Source: Andalucia godoyi And28 (lineage: Eukaryota > Protista > Jakobida). From it: a stretch of DNA of 64,000 bases. Under the pieces are notes generated by a model. The model ran no database searches. It was not told the origin of the DNA and saw only the letters and a list, made by a program, of their open reading frames with translations. Positions within the stretch are counted from its first letter, which is position 1; each line of letters starts with the position of its first letter. The translations under genes were made by a program, and so were the position numbers. This document shows positions 10,622-21,946 of this stretch, piece after piece. The stretch spans positions 127,618-191,617 of the forward strand of contig VRVR01000014.1 of assembly GCA_009859145.1 (NCBI GenBank). Direction: 5' to 3'.

Positions 10622-11398
10622 ATGACTCTTCTTTTGGATTTGGGCATTATTTTTGGTCCCGTGTTTGGCTATGTGTCGCAATATAAGGACATTTCGCGTG
10701 CACGGACAGCAGAAGGGTTCTCATCTCTTGTGTCGTTCATCTTGCTTTCAAGCAACATTCTTCGTGTGTTTTTCTGGTTTGGAAAGAGGTTTGAACTTGC
10801 GTTGCTTTTTCAGTCCATCGTGATGATCGTTGCGCAGATGGTTCTTGTGGAACTGATTTGCAGATTTCCGACCTCGATGATGCGTGGCCATCGATTCACA
10901 GACTTTAATGCAATTCACTTTTGGTCATGGGAAGATTTCAATTCGTATGTTTCTTTCGTTGGTGCGTTTTCTGCAATCGTTGGGTTTTCAACAGTGATGT
11001 TTGGTTCGTTTGAATGGTATATTGAGTTCATTGGATTCGCTGCGTTGTTGTCCGAAGCAACGTTGGGAATTCCCCAGATGCTGCACAACCTCCGACACCG
11101 CTCCACTGCCGGTCTGAGCAAAACCCTAATTATCACATGGGTGGCCGGCGACTCCTTCAAGACCTTCTATTTCGTGCTCAACGGCGCCCCTTTCCAATTC
11201 CTGCTTTGTGGAATCATCCAGCTCGTCGTGGATGCGATTATCATGTTCCAATTTTACGCTTACTCGGGAAGCAGCAGCACAGACGGCTCATCTGCGAATG
11301 CGTCTTTGTCTTTGTCTTTGTCTTCGTCTTCGTCTTCGTCGTCTTCGGGCTTGTCTATCAATGCGGAGTCATCCAGTGATCACGCAAAGGTAAAGTAG
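10622..11398 (+). CDS. PQ-loop membrane protein (PQLC1/SLC66A2-like)
   Basis: GYVSQY, ILRVFFWFGKRFE.ALLFQS, EATLGIPQM, W..GD.FKT.YF. Confidence 0.88.
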   Translation: MTLLLDLGIIFGPVFGYVSQYKDISRARTAEGFSSLVSFILLSSNILRVFFWFGKRFELALLFQSIVMIVAQMVLVELICRFPTSMMRGHRFTDFNAIHFWSWEDFNSYVSFVGAFSAIVGFSTVMFGSFEWYIEFIGFAALLSEATLGIPQMLHNLRHRSTAGLSKTLIITWVAGDSFKTFYFVLNGAPFQFLLCGIIQLVVDAIIMFQFYAYSGSSSTDGSSANASLSLSLSSSSSSSSSGLSINAESSSDHAKVK

Positions 11399-11740
11399 TC
11401 TTCTTCCAGCTGGCAGCCAGATCGCTTGCTTCTTTCTTTTTTCCGCATCTGTTTTCTTGTGGCTTCCCTCAGTATTTTGGATAGTGTTTACTCACTCTGT
11501 GTTATTATTCCTGATTTTTATAACATATATGTATATATATGTTATGTGTTATATATGTATTTTATTAGTGCTGATCTTGCTTGCTAGGAATAAGAAGAAC
11601 CGTCCTCCGTTCATGCTTGTGGGTCGTGAAGTTTCTGTATGAGAGATTTTGCTTCTAGCGTTTCAAAAACAGGATTCAGAAAGAAAGAAAAAAGAAGAGT
11701 GAAGTGGAGCAAGAGCATGGTGCAGTTTGAGCAGTGCGAT

Positions 11741-13973
11741 TTACTTGGCAGAGAGGGAGATCGAACGAGAGAGATTTTTTTTGATGCCGCCAGTTTCTCC
11801 TCCGTAGAGATTGGACTTTTCTCGCATCGGTCGAACCTGGGACTTGTGCTTCTTGACCGCATCATCGAACTTGCGGCGCAGCTTGACGCGAGGGTTTCGG
11901 TCTTCTTTCTTCCTATACGCAGTCAGTCCGCGATTCTTGATCATTTGTTGAGAAGCATGGCGCTTTCCCTCATCAGTGTCGACAACATCGACGGTGGCGG
12001 GATTCAAATAAACTTGTCGGTTCGAAAGTACCTTTGTGAGCGTCGCGTCCTGTTTGGCCTTCTTGTGCGCTCGCGAGGATTCTGCAGCCTGTGCATACAG
12101 ATCGTTATCCTCGCCCTCTTCTGCAAACAAGTCATCCTCATTCTGAAGACCAACGACATCGCTCTCGTCATCGCCATTCCCACCTCGCGTTCTCTTGCGA
12201 GTCTGATACTCGACGATCCGCTGAATTGCCTCTCGGTCACGCGCAGGCGCCTCTTCTTCCAAGTCCTTTCGAATCCTGGATTTCTTGTCCCCTTCATCGA
12301 CGGCTTTCATGGCGTTTCGCAACTTCTGTGAAGGAGTGCCTGCTGTCTTCTCCTCACCGAAATCTTCGAGGTCTTCCAAATCTGATCTTCTGGATTTCGG
12401 TCCGCCCCTGCGAGCGTCCGCAGAAATCGCGGGTTTTCCCTTCGAAATCGTCTTTTTGGTGAAATGGAATTCTTCTTCCGCTTCTTCCTGTTCACTCGCC
12501 ATATCCACTCCCACCCCCGAGTCAGCACCGTCTTCTCCATTGTCCAGTTCGTCTTCCTCAACGAGATGGTGCTTTCCCCCCTGCTTCCCCATCTTTCGGC
12601 GAAGCATGATATCATACTGGTTCTCCGAGATGGCGGTCCCCTTCGCTGACCATTTCTTCGAGATTTGAGCAGGCTCCTCTTGCTCCTCACCGTCGTTCGC
12701 ATCCACAGCTGATCCATCGTCGTCCGTTTCCATGCTGTTCTTCAGCATTTTGACAAGCTTTCTGTCCACAACTCCGCTCATCTTGTCGAGCTTGTCCACA
12801 AGCGCCTTGCTTTGTAGCAACTGAGCATTCACAGGATGGTCCTTAACGGAAACTCCGTCAGCCTTCATCAGCAAATAAAACGACAAGGATAAACAGTAGG
12901 AAAGTGTAACATGCCGTTTCATCTCCAGAAACGGGACAACAGCAGCCTGCGCAGCCTTGATGGACTTCGCAGCGCGCAACACCTCGTCCATCTCCCCATG
13001 CACTGACTCCATCCTGCTGTGAATTTCCTTGATCATAGTCTCAACTTCCGGAGATGTTTTTCGGAGCAGCTTCAGCTTTTCATCCTTTGAAAGTTTCTGC
13101 AGATTCTTTTCAATTCTCTCAACCCGATCCACCGATTCAAATTCCATTTCCTCACTGTCTGCCTCCATATCCGCTTGCTTTGCATTTTTCTTTGACTTCA
13201 CTGATTTGGAAGCAGCGGAGTCCGTCAAAGCAGAGCCTAGAAAGTCTTCATCCTTCAACTCTCTCGCTTGCTTTTGCCGAAGCTTCTGCACCTCTTTTTC
13301 TTCTTCATAAGCTTGCTCTTCGTCCGACCCGTCTGCATAGTCGTCTCCATCGTAGTAATCGTGCTTCTTTCCGCTCCACATTGCCATTTCATCTTCTTCG
13401 ACGGCATCTGCATGTTTCTTGCCGAGCTTCCTTGAGCCTGTCCCGTCTTCTCCGTCGTCCTCCTCCGACTCGTCATGCCGCGCACTGACTGCAGCAAGTG
13501 CTAACTTCCTCTTTAGCCCAAACGGAATCTCTTCTCTTTGACTCAGCACAGCTGCAGAAGCAGATGATTTGGGCTTTCGTTGTGTCTTGGACGATTTCAG
13601 CCGGTTTTCGTCGCCAGGAAACGGAACAGACCCACGAATTTCGTATCCATCTTCCACGTCCAGGTGGTGATCGCCCTCGTCTTGAGCCGTGTGAATTTTG
13701 CTCAGCAACACCTTGTCACGATTCTCGGAAACTGCAGTCAAGAATACATTGCAATTTGCAACAAGTGAAAAGAAAATACTCATAATAATAATAACATAAG
13801 CAAACTAAACACCGGGATCGGAAAAATAAAACGCAAGCCCTCCCCCCCAGGGAGAAAAACTGATGACAAAAAACCATACAATCATCAACGTCATTGTTGT
13901 ATTGAGAGAGATCTTCTTCCTGGATCTGCACAGCGGGTTTTCTGGAACGTCCAGACTTTGACTTTGGTGCCAT
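11741..13973 (-). CDS. SAS10: Sas10/Utp3 SSU processome subunit; two exons (13973-13880, 13731-11741), 148-nt GT-AG intron
   Basis: Splicing GTATGG...CTGCAG gives DVDDFSENRDKVLL; C-terminal KNRGLTAYRKKEDRNPRVKLRRKF...YGGETGGIK. Confidence 0.92.
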
Positions 13974-14242
13974 TCTAGAATGCTACACTGAACAACAGGT
14001 TCTCTATCTATCTATCTACCTATCTCCCTCTGGGTGTGCGTAAGAGAAACAAAAACAGAAACAGAAAAGGCGCTATACACAGCACGAAGTGGAAATATCA
14101 AATAAAAGTAGAAACCAATAAAACAAAACCAAACGAAAACTAAACTAAATCAAAAAACCCGAAAAACGGTGTTTCGGGAAAGCATTGGAAAACCAAAACC
14201 GTCAAGTTTTGAAAAAGATTCGCCCATGTTTTTTTGGAGACT

Positions 14243-14589
14243 CGGGGATTTTGTGCTGTTGCATCAAGTGATGGAACCGGATGTCGGAAGTTCCGGGGAG
14301 TCGTGCATCAACCTCTTTTTTTAACAGACGTAGAGGGCGAGATGGGCAGTTGTTGGGCGAAGTTTCAACAGCGATTGCTGCTCATGTAGCACACGAGTTC
14401 AGGGATTTGCCAGGTTAGGTCCCCGGTTAGATCCCCGGGCAGGTCGCGATCGTCGCGGCAGAATACACTTCCAAGGCATGTAGTCTGTGCGGTGACATGC
14501 CTCACCCGTCACTCGGTTGGATACAAGACTGTTCACGCGTCCATGGTGTACGTAACCTCTATCTGAGAAACGCCAAAGTGCGTGCTTGA
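14243..14589 (+). pseudogene. Degraded Fanzor2/TnpB C-terminal fragment
   Basis: WAKFQQRLL (14354-14380), then in another frame VAIVAAEYTSKACSLCG (14443-14493) and HGVRNLYLRN (to 14571); frameshifts, stops, no RuvC-III Asp. Confidence 0.75.
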
Positions 14590-14691
14590 GGCTTGTCCCC
14601 CTCCTTCCCGGTATTGCAGCGCAGTCCGGATTGCAACATGATGTATGCATTGTTAGCCATGGCTATGGATAATTAGTGCACAATGTAGGCA
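14556..14691 (+). ncRNA. Putative Fanzor2 omegaRNA scaffold (copy 3)
   Basis: CTATCT..AAACGC-loop-GCGT, GAGG-CTTGT-..CCTC, terminal TTAGTGCACAATGTAGGC; overlaps the 3' end of the Fanzor relic. Confidence 0.7.
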
Positions 14692-15055
14692 GGTCCCACT
14701 GATGGGGAACAGCACAGCGACCGCCAGACAGCAACATGCGTGCCACCAGTGGCTCCAGTCCGGCCCGGCCAAAGCATCAAATCAATGAATTCGACGCGCA
14801 TTTACGAATTAGGATGTGGTAGCACAAAACAAGAAGCGCAAAACTGCCGATGCTCGGCATCCAGTCGCACAACACAAGCGTCAAGCAATGTTACTTTTTC
14901 TTTTTCTTCGAATCTTTATCTATGACGAGTAAAACAAACGGCAAACGGTAAGGCAAAACAAACAGTCAATCGACAAAACAAACGGCACCAAGAAGGACAA
15001 TCAACGAAAACGATCTCGATTCAGAAAAAAAAAATCGATCCTCCTTTTTTTGTTC

Positions 15056-16591
15056 TTAAACGTCAAACTTCACTCCCTGAGCAAGGGGCATTACGTTTCC
15101 GTAGTTGATTGTGCAAGTCATTCTGCGCATGTACTGCTTCCACGAATCGGAGCCCGATTCACGTCCACCGCCAGTTTCCTTTTCACCGCCAAACGCAAGT
15201 CCGATTTCAGCGCCATTGGTGGGAACGTTGACATTGACAATACCGCAGTCCGAGCCATTGGGTCCGAACCACTTGAAGACGTTTCTCATATCACGAGTCA
15301 TGAGGGACGAGGAAAGGCCCTGTGGAACGGAGTTGTTCATCTTGATGGCCTCGTCGACTCCAGTGCACTTGAGAACGTACAAGATAGGAACAAAGAGCTC
15401 CTCCTTGACAATTTCTGCTTTCGAGTCAATTTCGACAATCGTAGGCTCCACGAAGAATCCTGCCTTTCCTTCCATTCGCTTACCTCCAGTGAGAATGCGT
15501 CCTCCTTGCTTCTTGATCTCGGCGATTCCGTCTTCGTACTCCTTGATGGCAGCCGCAGTGTGCAGAGGTCCAACCAACACTCCCTCTTCGAGCGGAGATC
15601 CAGCAGGAATGGACTTGTATGCCTTGAGAAGTCCCTGGACAACTTGGTCGTAGACGTTCTCGTGGATGATGAGTCTGCGAAGCGTGGTGCATCGTTGTCC
15701 TGCGGTCCCGACCGCGGCAAACAACGCCGACCGCACAACCAAGCTGACGTCAACATCGTCCATCACAATCATTGCATTGTTTCCACCAAGTTCGAGAATG
15801 GTACGTCCAAAACGGCGATGCACCACCTCTGCAATACGACGTCCAATGGAAGTCGATCCCGTGAAGGAAACCAGCTTGAGGCGAGCATCGGCGATCAGCT
15901 TCTCTCCAACAACACGAGCAGCACCCTGGCACAAGCAGGAAATAGCGCCTGGAAGCCCATTGCGCTCCAACACCGCAGCAACAATCTTTTGTGTGGCGAT
16001 CGCAACCAGCGAAGTTGAGGATGCACCCTTCCAAATATGCACGTTTCCGCACACCATCGAAATTGCACAGTTCCACCCAAAGACAGCACACGGGAAATTG
16101 AACGCAGAGATGATTCCGATAAGTCCAAGAGGCTGCCAAACCTCCATCATAAAGTGCTCACGGCGCTCCGAAGGTGCGGTCATTCCTCCAATCTGGCGAG
16201 ACAAGCCCACCGCGTAGTCGCAAATGTCCACAAACTCCTGAACCTCCCCAAGACCCTCCGATTTGATCTTTCCCATCTCCAGCGAAACAAGCAGCCCAAG
16301 TGCGGCCTTCTTGTGGCGCAGCTCCTCACCAATCTGGCGCACAATCTCCCCACGAATAGGCGCAGGTGTGTTCGCCCAAACAGGCGCCGCAGCTTCCATT
16401 GCAGTCAAGCAAGACTCGTACTCCTCCGCAGTTGCTCCACGGATGCGTGCAATAGGAAGACCAGTCGCCGGGTTCACGGAAGTAATGACATCTCCAGAAC
16501 CAACCCAGCTGCCATTATAGCAGCCCAGATTGTCCTCGGCAAGACCAAGCTCCGAAAGGAACGGGAAGTCGCGGAACGTAAGATTCGACAT
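15056..16591 (-). CDS. ALDH7A1: Aldehyde dehydrogenase family 7 (antiquitin)
   Basis: [58 protein letters not shown]. Confidence 0.96.
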   Translation of the reverse strand: MSNLTFRDFPFLSELGLAEDNLGCYNGSWVGSGDVITSVNPATGLPIARIRGATAEEYESCLTAMEAAAPVWANTPAPIRGEIVRQIGEELRHKKAALGLLVSLEMGKIKSEGLGEVQEFVDICDYAVGLSRQIGGMTAPSERREHFMMEVWQPLGLIGIISAFNFPCAVFGWNCAISMVCGNVHIWKGASSTSLVAIATQKIVAAVLERNGLPGAISCLCQGAARVVGEKLIADARLKLVSFTGSTSIGRRIAEVVHRRFGRTILELGGNNAMIVMDDVDVSLVVRSALFAAVGTAGQRCTTLRRLIIHENVYDQVVQGLLKAYKSIPAGSPLEEGVLVGPLHTAAAIKEYEDGIAEIKKQGGRILTGGKRMEGKAGFFVEPTIVEIDSKAEIVKEELFVPILYVLKCTGVDEAIKMNNSVPQGLSSSLMTRDMRNVFKWFGPNGSDCGIVNVNVPTNGAEIGLAFGGEKETGGGRESGSDSWKQYMRRMTCTINYGNVMPLAQGVKFDV

Positions 16592-17150
16592 TTCTTTTTT
16601 TTTCCTTTTTCTTTCTTAAAAGCTGAAAACGCTGCGCTGGTGGCGACGGAAAAAGGTGAGCGGAAGAAAAAACAGAAGATGTCCTTACTAATAGAAAGAG
16701 TGAGAAAATCCTAAAGTACGAAAACAAAAGAGACAAGGGGAATGAAAGAGCGTATCAGCGTTATTTATATGCACGGAGGCTCGCTTTCAAGTCTTTTTTC
16801 TTTCTCCCTTCGTCAGCAGCGATTGAGACTTGAGAGTTCTCAAAATCGCAATGAGGGGCAGATCTACGGTGAGTGACGCAGTTTCGACTTTGGGGCTATC
16901 GTTTTTGGGGACTTCTCTGTCTCATTTTCGATTCCACATTTGATCACAACGGGCACACACACACACACACATATATATACGCTAATCTGTAGGGTATCTG
17001 GAATTCTGCATACAGAAGCCTGCATATTGTCCTTGCACGTATCGAGTAACTTAGAAAGCATTAAGTTGGGGGGCATTTGTTTCCTTTTTTAAAGAGGGTG
17101 TGGGGCGTTTTTTTGTTTGTTGATCGATTGTATCTAGTCGGTGGGAGCGC

Positions 17151-19127
17151 ATGGAACCTAAATCACGGCTTCATGATTCCAAACTTCATGAGATCTTGAC
17201 GCTGATTGCACTGTCCGACAACACAGCGCATCTACTATCCGAATTTGACGATTCGTTGAATGTGTTCTTTTCCTCTTCCTCATCACCATCATCACCATCA
17301 TCACCGCCATTGCCATCTTCGCCGAACGCTGCTTCAAAATCGGCAAATCTGAGCGAGAAGAAAAGATCTGCAGAGGAAAGAAAGAACTCATTGGATTCCG
17401 CATCGTCATCCGCAGTGTCTTCAGCCTCGAGTGACCAGAAGGTCCAAGTGATTGTTATTGGAAATGGAAACCACGATGAGCGTCATGCTCGAGACACGTC
17501 ATTGACTGCAACAGACGTCGTGTTTCGGGAGGGAGATGATGCATCCGAGTCTGGTGAAAGCCCTGTTGGATCATCGCGAGAGGGGGATTGGGACGGCACA
17601 GACTCGATGCGGTCGTTTGCTTTTGAAGTGGATCCTGAAGCCGTGTTTCCGTTTCCTTCATTAATGGATGTTGCTGAGCAGCGCGATGAAACAGGACTGG
17701 CGCAGAAAACGTCAAAAGGACAAGGTCATTTGCAGGAGACGTTTGCGTTTGCGTTTCGAACATACGAGGATGAACTGGTGCTGTACAACGAAGAACAAAT
17801 GGCGCAGCTGGCAATTTCCGTTTCGATTCAGTTGAAGGATGCTGCTGCGAGGAATGTTTCCGCGATACTAATTGACAGGTTCGCTTCCCGAGTTTCTTGT
17901 ACGTGGACGCTCAATCACCGATTTCGCACTGTGTATGATCAAGTCCGCGCGACCCTTCCATTGGACTTAGGAGAGGCGAAGTTGTTGGATGAGGAGCCGC
18001 GCAGTGGAAGCGCTGACAATGCAGTTTTCGCTGAATGGAGAATTGCAGGCAAGGCAGCAGACTATGACGCAGACTATGAAGCGGATGTGCCACCAAAAGA
18101 TGCAAGAGTCTCGGGATTGTACTTTCACCGGCCGCTGTGCGGTGAACATGAAAAGACGGTTCATGTGGAAGATTCGTTTGCGGCCGCTGCTGCGTCTGCG
18201 CCTCCACCCGACGCAACTCGTCGGCTTGTGTACAGCATTCTGTCGGAAATCCAAAAGCTCAAGTCGATGCGCAGCACATTTGATGAGCACAAGCTCTTGG
18301 CGTTGGTTGGCGACTTGTTTGACGCGGAAGAAATCGATGCGCAGGGATGCGTCTCGCTGCTGCGCGCGGTGTGCCCGGATTTTGCAGACCATTTCCAGCG
18401 TCGTTCTTCCTTAATGACAGGCCACGATACAATCGCAAGACCTCCTGTCAAAGGCTATGCAAAATCTGCGGTGCAGAGTGATCTGCATGGTCATCATGTT
18501 AAATCGCAATCCTTTTCATCCATCCATCGGCACCCTGCTGTTGTAGCAAGTCCAGGAGCAGCGTCCGCGTGGGCGTCGCCACTACCTCTGATGCCGGGTC
18601 CTGGACATCATGGCTCAAAGAGTCACCAACTCGGACATCACCATTCTTTGCGCCGGCCGACTGAGCATGAATCCTTGCTTCTTGCTTTGGACGATCTCGG
18701 GAGCCTGGACCGCCACAGTTGTCAAGCGGTTGTTGACCAGGTTTCTGCATGGATGTCAGCGCGGGATCGTCTTCCTACTGGCATGTCTGCCGATTTCATG
18801 CGGTCTCTTTCCATTCTGTCGATTGCTCTGAAAAGGGGGCCTGGAGTATCCGCACACGAACTGGTGCACAGTCTTGTGAGTTCGTTTCCTGCATTGTACA
18901 CAAATGTTCGCAACGTCACCTTGCTCATCCTGATGTCCAGGCTTTTTGGGCTACGATGGTATGCGGCACTGACGTTCTGCTTCCTTGCAAATATTAGAGA
19001 GATTTGGACGTATCCAGCCGACGGGACGTGCAAGAAGAAGCAAGCAGTGACGAGTTTGCACACATTCAAGCTGACTCGATCCAGTTTTGACGACTGCTGC
19101 TTCCTTCTTCAGGCATCGCTTCCGTAG
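17151..19127 (+). CDS. Hypothetical protein, 658 aa
   Basis: Long ORF with Ser-rich N-terminus and a hydrophobic C-terminal segment; no family recognised. Confidence 0.7.
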   Translation: MEPKSRLHDSKLHEILTLIALSDNTAHLLSEFDDSLNVFFSSSSSPSSPSSPPLPSSPNAASKSANLSEKKRSAEERKNSLDSASSSAVSSASSDQKVQVIVIGNGNHDERHARDTSLTATDVVFREGDDASESGESPVGSSREGDWDGTDSMRSFAFEVDPEAVFPFPSLMDVAEQRDETGLAQKTSKGQGHLQETFAFAFRTYEDELVLYNEEQMAQLAISVSIQLKDAAARNVSAILIDRFASRVSCTWTLNHRFRTVYDQVRATLPLDLGEAKLLDEEPRSGSADNAVFAEWRIAGKAADYDADYEADVPPKDARVSGLYFHRPLCGEHEKTVHVEDSFAAAAASAPPPDATRRLVYSILSEIQKLKSMRSTFDEHKLLALVGDLFDAEEIDAQGCVSLLRAVCPDFADHFQRRSSLMTGHDTIARPPVKGYAKSAVQSDLHGHHVKSQSFSSIHRHPAVVASPGAASAWASPLPLMPGPGHHGSKSHQLGHHHSLRRPTEHESLLLALDDLGSLDRHSCQAVVDQVSAWMSARDRLPTGMSADFMRSLSILSIALKRGPGVSAHELVHSLVSSFPALYTNVRNVTLLILMSRLFGLRWYAALTFCFLANIREIWTYPADGTCKKKQAVTSLHTFKLTRSSFDDCCFLLQASLP

Positions 19128-19239
19128 TCATCCACACCGTCTTGTTCATCATCGATCCGCACATCTTTGGCATACATCAATTCATGTCTAATAAAAATGT
19201 ACACTGCAACCCCAGCAACGAGCTATTTTAACCAAAGAT

Positions 19240-20103
19240 TTAATAATTCCTGCGACCGTTTCCTGGTGGGCCAACCGGCGGAGTCTGCCGTTTCTTCTTT
19301 TGGTTTCTCCACCGCTCTTCCTCGGCATCTTCCGGCTCCAGCTGCTGCACCTCGACGCGGTGTTTCTGAGTTGGTGCGACATGTTCTACCGGTTCTTGAT
19401 AGACACCCTGGAAGGCGGAAATGATGGAGTCCGCACCATACTCATGCATCAGCAGAACCGCGTCCTTCTGAGTATCATTGTTTGTCAGTACACACATGTT
19501 CTTCACGTCCGGCTCAACGTCAAAGATCAATTGCGACACTTTCTCGGGCATCAATGCTCCCATACGATACAGCTGCAGAATCCTGCTGGGAGTTCCTACT
19601 CCAAGACCAACATCCTTGGTCTTTAAGAACTGCGCTTGTTCCTCGGCCTTCAAATGCCGTGCAAACAGCTTCGCCACCACCCTTTCTTCGGATTTTGAGA
19701 CCATCTTGATGATTTCGAGTGCGCGAAGTGCAGAATGTGTGATGATAAGGATGATGTGTGGCGCCGGAGGTGACTGTGGTGCCGTTTTCAACATCACCGG
19801 TGTCGAAAGCTTCAGATCGTGGATGTCATCGGCCGACACCGTAGCATTCTTTCCTGTGCACAGAACGTCCGTCATGAGCTTCTTGAGCGAATTTCCAAAC
19901 TGTTCGTCCTCGAGCAAATCAAACCGAGTCACAGAGATTTTCAGCCCGTTCTTTTTTGCACTGTCGCGGCTCTTGTGACGGTCGTCGCTATTGTCATGGT
20001 TCTTCTTTTTCTTCATCTTCCCTACCGCGAAATGCGAATCATCTCCAGATGCAAGAACTGTCGTTGGCTCGAAATCTGCAATTCGCTCTCTCTTTCTCTC
20101 CAT
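19240..20103 (-). CDS. CMS1: CMS1/CMSS1 U3-associated 90S preribosome protein
   Basis: VAKLFARHLKAEEQ..FL...VGVGTPSRI..L and DVKN motif. Confidence 0.82.
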   Translation of the reverse strand: MERKRERIADFEPTTVLASGDDSHFAVGKMKKKKNHDNSDDRHKSRDSAKKNGLKISVTRFDLLEDEQFGNSLKKLMTDVLCTGKNATVSADDIHDLKLSTPVMLKTAPQSPPAPHIILIITHSALRALEIIKMVSKSEERVVAKLFARHLKAEEQAQFLKTKDVGLGVGTPSRILQLYRMGALMPEKVSQLIFDVEPDVKNMCVLTNNDTQKDAVLLMHEYGADSIISAFQGVYQEPVEHVAPTQKHRVEVQQLEPEDAEEERWRNQKKKRQTPPVGPPGNGRRNY

Positions 20104-20339
20104 CCAAATATATATGTAAAAATTATACCCAAGCAGATTTGTAGGAGCCTAAATTGAGAATATGCAACCACGGAAAAAAAAACCAAAAAAAAGAACCTCT
20201 AAAACCAAAACCAAAACCAAAACAAACGCCTTCAAAAAATCAGGAAAGAACGGAAATACCAAAATCATGACAATTAGATTATTTCGCGGATACTACGCCT
20301 GCTACGGAGTCAATTTACTCCTTTTTTTGTTGTTGTTGT

Positions 20340-20640
20340 TGTCGGTATTCTTGCCGTGCCGCATGATGACCAGACAAGATTCACGAATCACGAAGTCCTT
20401 TGTCACGGACGTCGTACGGAGTGTCCTAGAGATCCGGGGTTTGTTCAGAACCTGCATCCGCATGATCTTGATGTTGACGGGGACCTTTCTTCTCCGAAGA
20501 GAGCGCCGGGGGCTTGGTTGTACGTCCACCCTCCACAAGTTCGATGGTAGCGTTTTTACAACCGGGAGCGGTGGAGGTTGATTGCCTGAGCCGACGACGC
20601 GGAGGAACAGACGCGCAAATCTCGCTTGTGCTTAGTTCTG
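20340..20640 (-). pseudogene. Degraded Fanzor2 N-terminal fragment
   Basis: TCGGWTYNQA (WTYNQA at 20511-20528), NIKIMRMQVLN, DTPYDVRDKGLRD (TPYDVRD at 20402-20422) in correct order across frameshifts. Confidence 0.6.
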
Positions 20641-20780
20641 GTCGGATGGACAGAAAGCCTTTTGTTAAGGCGACGTGAACCAACAAAAACGCATAGTAAA
20701 AACATCACTTCAGGTTTGCCCCAATGGTGTAGAATGAACACGTAAACAGCTGAATACGGACGACTTTCTGCGGGGGTTAT

Positions 20781-21185
20781 CTAAGCCGATGGAGGGACAT
20801 CGTTTGCGACTTGATGCGCGAGTTTCTGGAAAAGAGGCAGAGCAAGAAGCTGGTTCCAAGCATCGCGTTTCTTGTGAATTTCAGATTCCAGTCGTTTGCA
20901 TTCGCGCGACTGGTCGTCATCTGTCAATGCGATTCCCGGAGTTCTGTCGATGATTCTGTGTGCTTCCTTGAACTTTTCAAGCAGAGCATCCAGAGACCGC
21001 TTCACCTCGTCTCCGTGAACCTGGGTTCCCGTATCCGGGGTTTTGCGACTCAGAAAAGAAGCAGAAGCACTGGCCGCCACAGCGGAGGAGGAGGAGGAGG
21101 AGGGCGCAGGAGGAAGCTTCATCAGAGTCTCGATGAAGCGAATAACTTGCTCAATCTGAGACACAAAATCAAATGGATCAGACAT
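20781..21185 (-). CDS. MED9: Mediator subunit Med9-like
   Basis: LLEKFKEAHRIIDRTPGIALTDDDQ...LESEIHKKR matches the Med9 PGI..S.EEQ pattern. Confidence 0.65.
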   Translation of the reverse strand: MSDPFDFVSQIEQVIRFIETLMKLPPAPSSSSSSAVAASASASFLSRKTPDTGTQVHGDEVKRSLDALLEKFKEAHRIIDRTPGIALTDDDQSRECKRLESEIHKKRDAWNQLLALPLFQKLAHQVANDVPPSA

Positions 21186-21660
21186 TGCCCCAAAGAAAGC
21201 AAAAAAAAAAAAAGTAGGATGCTCTCAAAAACCTCCGGTTCTATAGTTCCTGACAGTAACCACGCAAGCAAGTACGCTACTAATCGAAGACCCTTTTTGT
21301 TTTTGTTTTTGTTTTGCTTTGGGACATGATAATATGTAATGTTGCGTGTTCATCGAAAAGGATTCAAGGATTAAAACATACGGACACAAAACAGCAGCGC
21401 TGTGGAAGCATCAAGGGCGAAGGCTCAAGCCAAGTAGAGACACCTCCCCAATCCCTAAGTACGCTGTTCAAGTCGTCTCCAAAACCTTTCCTCAACACAA
21501 CTTGACAAGAAAAAATGCAGAAAAAGTGGGTCCTTTTGAACTGTGAAACTGTAATGGGTTTTTTTTGATTGTCAACTTTCCGTCATAAACACAACAAAAG
21601 GAAATACCGCCCAATCGTCTTAATCTTGTGTTTTCTCCTCCTTCTTCTTCTTCTTCTTCG

Positions 21661-21692
<32 letters not shown>

Positions 21693-21891
21693 TTAATTAA
21701 TTAGTTTGTTTACATTTTATTTTGTATTGATTAATTGATTAATTAATTTTAATTTGGTATTATTATTACCTTGATCAAATTCAGCAAAACAAGAAGAAAA
21801 AAAATATTGCCAACTCAACTCGTTATTTCTCTCTCGCCATTCTTTTGTTTCTCGTTCGTTTGGACTGTGCATTTTTTGTTTTGGGGAGTTG

Positions 21892-21894
<3 letters not shown>

Positions 21895-21936
<42 letters not shown>
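21895..21936. repeat. (GT)n(GA)n microsatellite upstream of the cullin gene
   Basis: Directly visible; other simple repeats at ~943-971 (GTC/GTT), 1241-1270 (AAT/AAAT), ~57172-57193 (poly-G). Confidence 0.85.
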
Positions 21937-21938
<2 letters not shown>

Positions 21939-21946
21939 GTGTAGAA

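Noticed and set aside
13984-13995. 12-nt match (TACACTGAACAA) to scaffold copy 5 just upstream of the SAS10 start
   Set aside because: Lacks AATGTAGGC and all upstream stems; compatible with chance
14556-14691. TPP riboswitch or HDV/twister ribozyme interpretation of the repeated element
   Set aside because: CTGAGA and GGATAAT are not conserved across copies, the would-be catalytic C varies (ACAA/ATAA), and the Fanzor codon context explains the conservation
21300-21560. Further Fanzor-like peptide scraps (FGT..YV, VSKT)
   Set aside because: Too short and not in a consistent order
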